64,000 nucleotides of DNA from a virus (lineage: Duplodnaviria; Heunggongvirae; Uroviricota; Caudoviricetes): positions 145,384-209,383 of the IMG/VR virus record IMGVR_UViG_3300031087_000527. One strand, written 5' to 3'. The position numbers and the translations under genes are program-made. The notes below the pieces were generated by a model that had not been told where the DNA came from, did no database searches, and saw nothing but the letters and a program-made list of their open reading frames with translations. Below are positions 61,977 through 64,000 of the stretch, one piece after another (position 1 is the first letter of the stretch; each line of letters begins with the position of its first letter).

Positions 61977-63947
61977 ATGAAAAACTTGCTACAAAGTTTA
62001 TTTATCACTGCCAATACACTAACAACAACCAAAGATATATCCTATGTTATGCGAGGTGATGATAATAATTACTATATTTTCCTTGAGATTTATAACTTTA
62101 ATGATCAAGATAAAATGACGCTTAGGCTTCTTAAACAAGAGAGTATTCATAACGATATTTTACTGCTTGAGATTGAAGATAAGGAAAAAGAAATATCAGA
62201 TTTTAGCAATGATACGTATGGCTTGTCTGATTTGGTTAAAGAAAAAAATAAAAAAATAAATATTGATAGCGTTGGAAAAAATAAAAAATGCTATCTTATT
62301 TTAAAAGATGACTGTGAGCAGAGAATAAAAAAAGAGTTTTTAAATATATTGGTAATAATACAGAAATACCAATCAAAATGTCTTGATTGCGAAGATGCCT
62401 TAATATTTATCCCTTTTGAAGAGAAGTTTGATAATAATGAAATAAGAAAAGATGTTGGTTCTAATAAAGGCTGTAGGTTTATAGAAAAATCAGGTCAGCC
62501 GTTCTATTTTGAATCTTGCTCCGAGGCGCAATACTCATGGATAAATGCGCTTGTTTACCAATACCCAAACCAAAGAATACAGTCAAAAATATTACTTAAT
62601 GCTTTGAATCTTTCTTTCTTTTCTAATGAGACTGAAAAGAAAGATGAGGTTCCTTTTATGGCTATTATTAGTAAAGATCATGGGGCTAGTGGATTTATTG
62701 ATACGTTAAGCTATGGATCAAAAGAAAAGATACCTGAAGGAGAAGTATTTAGTGGAAAATATAGTATAAATAATGAAAGTGCGCACTATATTAATCCATT
62801 AGATATTTGTTTTGGGCATGATAAGCCATTAGGAGCTGAGATGTTCACAATTAGTCAGGTTTTATCATATATAACAGGCAATGAAATTCATGCTGGACTA
62901 TTGCTGGATATTGTTGAGAGTCTATATATACCCAAATATGTAAAAACAGAAAGTATACCGGAAATCAAAACACTCCTTTTAAAAGAAGGTGAGAATAGTG
63001 AAGAAATTTCATGGATAGAAATAAGAAATATTCTTGCGCGTTCTGGTAAGAACGAATTATTTGCGTGGTATGCGCATAAGCAAGCGATGCCTACACTTAA
63101 GGATTTTATGAATGCTTTAGGTAAGAAAAGAGATGGTGAATTTAAAGTCTTCGATAAAGATTTTGAGAGGGCAATTTTAAAAGCCGAAAAAATTCTTAAA
63201 AATAATGTATTCGCCTCATGTGCTACGAATATTAATATAGATTATAGAGAGCATATAACGCATATGATTCTCTCTAAAAATGAAAAAGAAGCTGAATTGG
63301 GCTATATTGTTGCCTCATCCCATCTTTTTAAACAATTTTTACTTAACTCATATGATGATGTTTCTAATATAAATGAAGATTGTAAGCCAATTATGAGAAA
63401 ATATATTAATAAGTTTAAAAATGCAGCAAAGCGTGTAGTGCTAGATGACGCAGATATAGCTTTTTCAAAAAGGAGCAATAATTCGCTTCAACACATTATA
63501 AATATTTTTGCAAGAGAGGCTCGTAAGTGTAAAATGGATTTGACTATTTTATTAAGTGAAGAAGACTATAAAAATGAAAAATGCGATGAGTTTAAACAGT
63601 TTATTACGTCTTCTTTCAAAATAACCTGTCATGAAGATAAAAACAGCATTTATTCAACACCAATCCTTTCAAATAAAAATAAGGATATAGTATTAAATAG
63701 TTATTTCGACACTAAATCAGGAGAGATAAATCCAGTGCTTTATTTTAATCTTTCTCCAGTAGAGTATTGGGCTGTAACTACAATACGAACAGAAGTTAAC
63801 TTGAGAAATAAGCTATACGCTATAACTTCAGTGGGAAAAGCCAGAAAAATACTTGCTGATGCTTATCCAGAAGGGCTTTTAATGGCTCAATATAATGAAG
63901 ATTACAACGAAAATGAAGTCTTAGAGTATCTGCTTCAACGAGTATAA
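61977..63947 (+). CDS. large hypothetical protein (656 aa) downstream of the six-paralogue array
   Basis: CAGGAG SD after a 146-nt AT-rich spacer. Terminator 63955..63976 (GGCCACCTAGTGGCC plus T-run). Confidence 0.85.
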   Translation: MKNLLQSLFITANTLTTTKDISYVMRGDDNNYYIFLEIYNFNDQDKMTLRLLKQESIHNDILLLEIEDKEKEISDFSNDTYGLSDLVKEKNKKINIDSVGKNKKCYLILKDDCEQRIKKEFLNILVIIQKYQSKCLDCEDALIFIPFEEKFDNNEIRKDVGSNKGCRFIEKSGQPFYFESCSEAQYSWINALVYQYPNQRIQSKILLNALNLSFFSNETEKKDEVPFMAIISKDHGASGFIDTLSYGSKEKIPEGEVFSGKYSINNESAHYINPLDICFGHDKPLGAEMFTISQVLSYITGNEIHAGLLLDIVESLYIPKYVKTESIPEIKTLLLKEGENSEEISWIEIRNILARSGKNELFAWYAHKQAMPTLKDFMNALGKKRDGEFKVFDKDFERAILKAEKILKNNVFASCATNINIDYREHITHMILSKNEKEAELGYIVASSHLFKQFLLNSYDDVSNINEDCKPIMRKYINKFKNAAKRVVLDDADIAFSKRSNNSLQHIINIFAREARKCKMDLTILLSEEDYKNEKCDEFKQFITSSFKITCHEDKNSIYSTPILSNKNKDIVLNSYFDTKSGEINPVLYFNLSPVEYWAVTTIRTEVNLRNKLYAITSVGKARKILADAYPEGLLMAQYNEDYNENEVLEYLLQRV

Positions 63948-64000
63948 ATTGCTGAGGCCACCTAGTGGCCTTTTTGTCGTTCTATAAAATCAGTAACACA

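Noticed and set aside
1-64000. Prophage or integration signals (integrase, att sites, rRNA)
   Set aside because: None seen. There is no tyrosine or serine recombinase motif, no tRNA-3'-end direct repeats flanking a block, and no rRNA-like sequence.

Overview
This window is an AT-rich, tRNA-dense accessory region that looks like part of a large virulent phage genome, possibly a T4-like or jumbo myovirus of a Gram-negative host. Genes are tightly packed and mostly short, and nearly all lie on the + strand. Each gene has its own Shine-Dalgarno sequence and many are followed by a hairpin plus T-run terminator. There is no rRNA, no CRISPR array, and no integrase or att site.

The window holds at least 10 canonical tRNA genes: Phe(GAA) twice, Leu three times, Arg(CCT), Arg(TCT) twice, Met(CAT) and Ser(GCT). 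They are driven by a repeated promoter motif (an A-tract, then GTTGTACT, a 17-nt spacer and TATAAT/TATGAT). Several further tRNA-like genes have perfect acceptor, D and T arms but aberrant anticodon arms, and two longer tRNA-ended structured RNAs are present.

Recognisable proteins:
- An M49 dipeptidyl-peptidase III with both HEIAGHGSGK and EECRAD motifs.
- A membrane methyl-accepting chemotaxis protein with an intact signalling domain.
- An SPFH/band-7 protein.
- A type IV prepilin-like protein (KG|FSLLELL).
- A plant-type 2Fe-2S ferredoxin.
- An ankyrin-repeat protein.
- A DUF262/ParB-like nuclease-domain protein.
- An HNH endonuclease.
- A P-loop kinase-like protein.
- Many small secreted or lipoprotein ORFs.
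- Several tandem paralogue families, including a six-gene array of membrane-anchored paralogues.

The most unusual locus is a complete IS200/IS605-type TnpB-only element.
- The TnpB-like RuvC nuclease keeps its catalytic D, E and D residues but has lost all zinc-finger cysteines.
- The gene is flanked by 14-bp inverted repeats (GCAACGAACGCAAC and its complement).
- It is followed immediately by a conserved element of about 65 nt that starts at the tnpB stop codon (TAGGTGCTT.GCCTTA..CGGAACTGCGA...GTTG.G..CGTTGCG..TTTAA..AAGAG).
- That element recurs twice elsewhere without tnpB, as the 5' leader of two paralogous genes for 49-aa basic proteins. One copy sits beside a perfect 29-bp palindrome.
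- A second, truncated TnpB-like gene runs off the window start on the minus strand.

Three non-coding loci also stand out:
- Two tandem 120-nt repeats at 20346..20682 that show compensatory base changes.
- A promoter-to-terminator unit of about 270 nt with no ORF at 33068..33374.
- tRNA-ended RNAs at 2776..2912 and 16636..16852.
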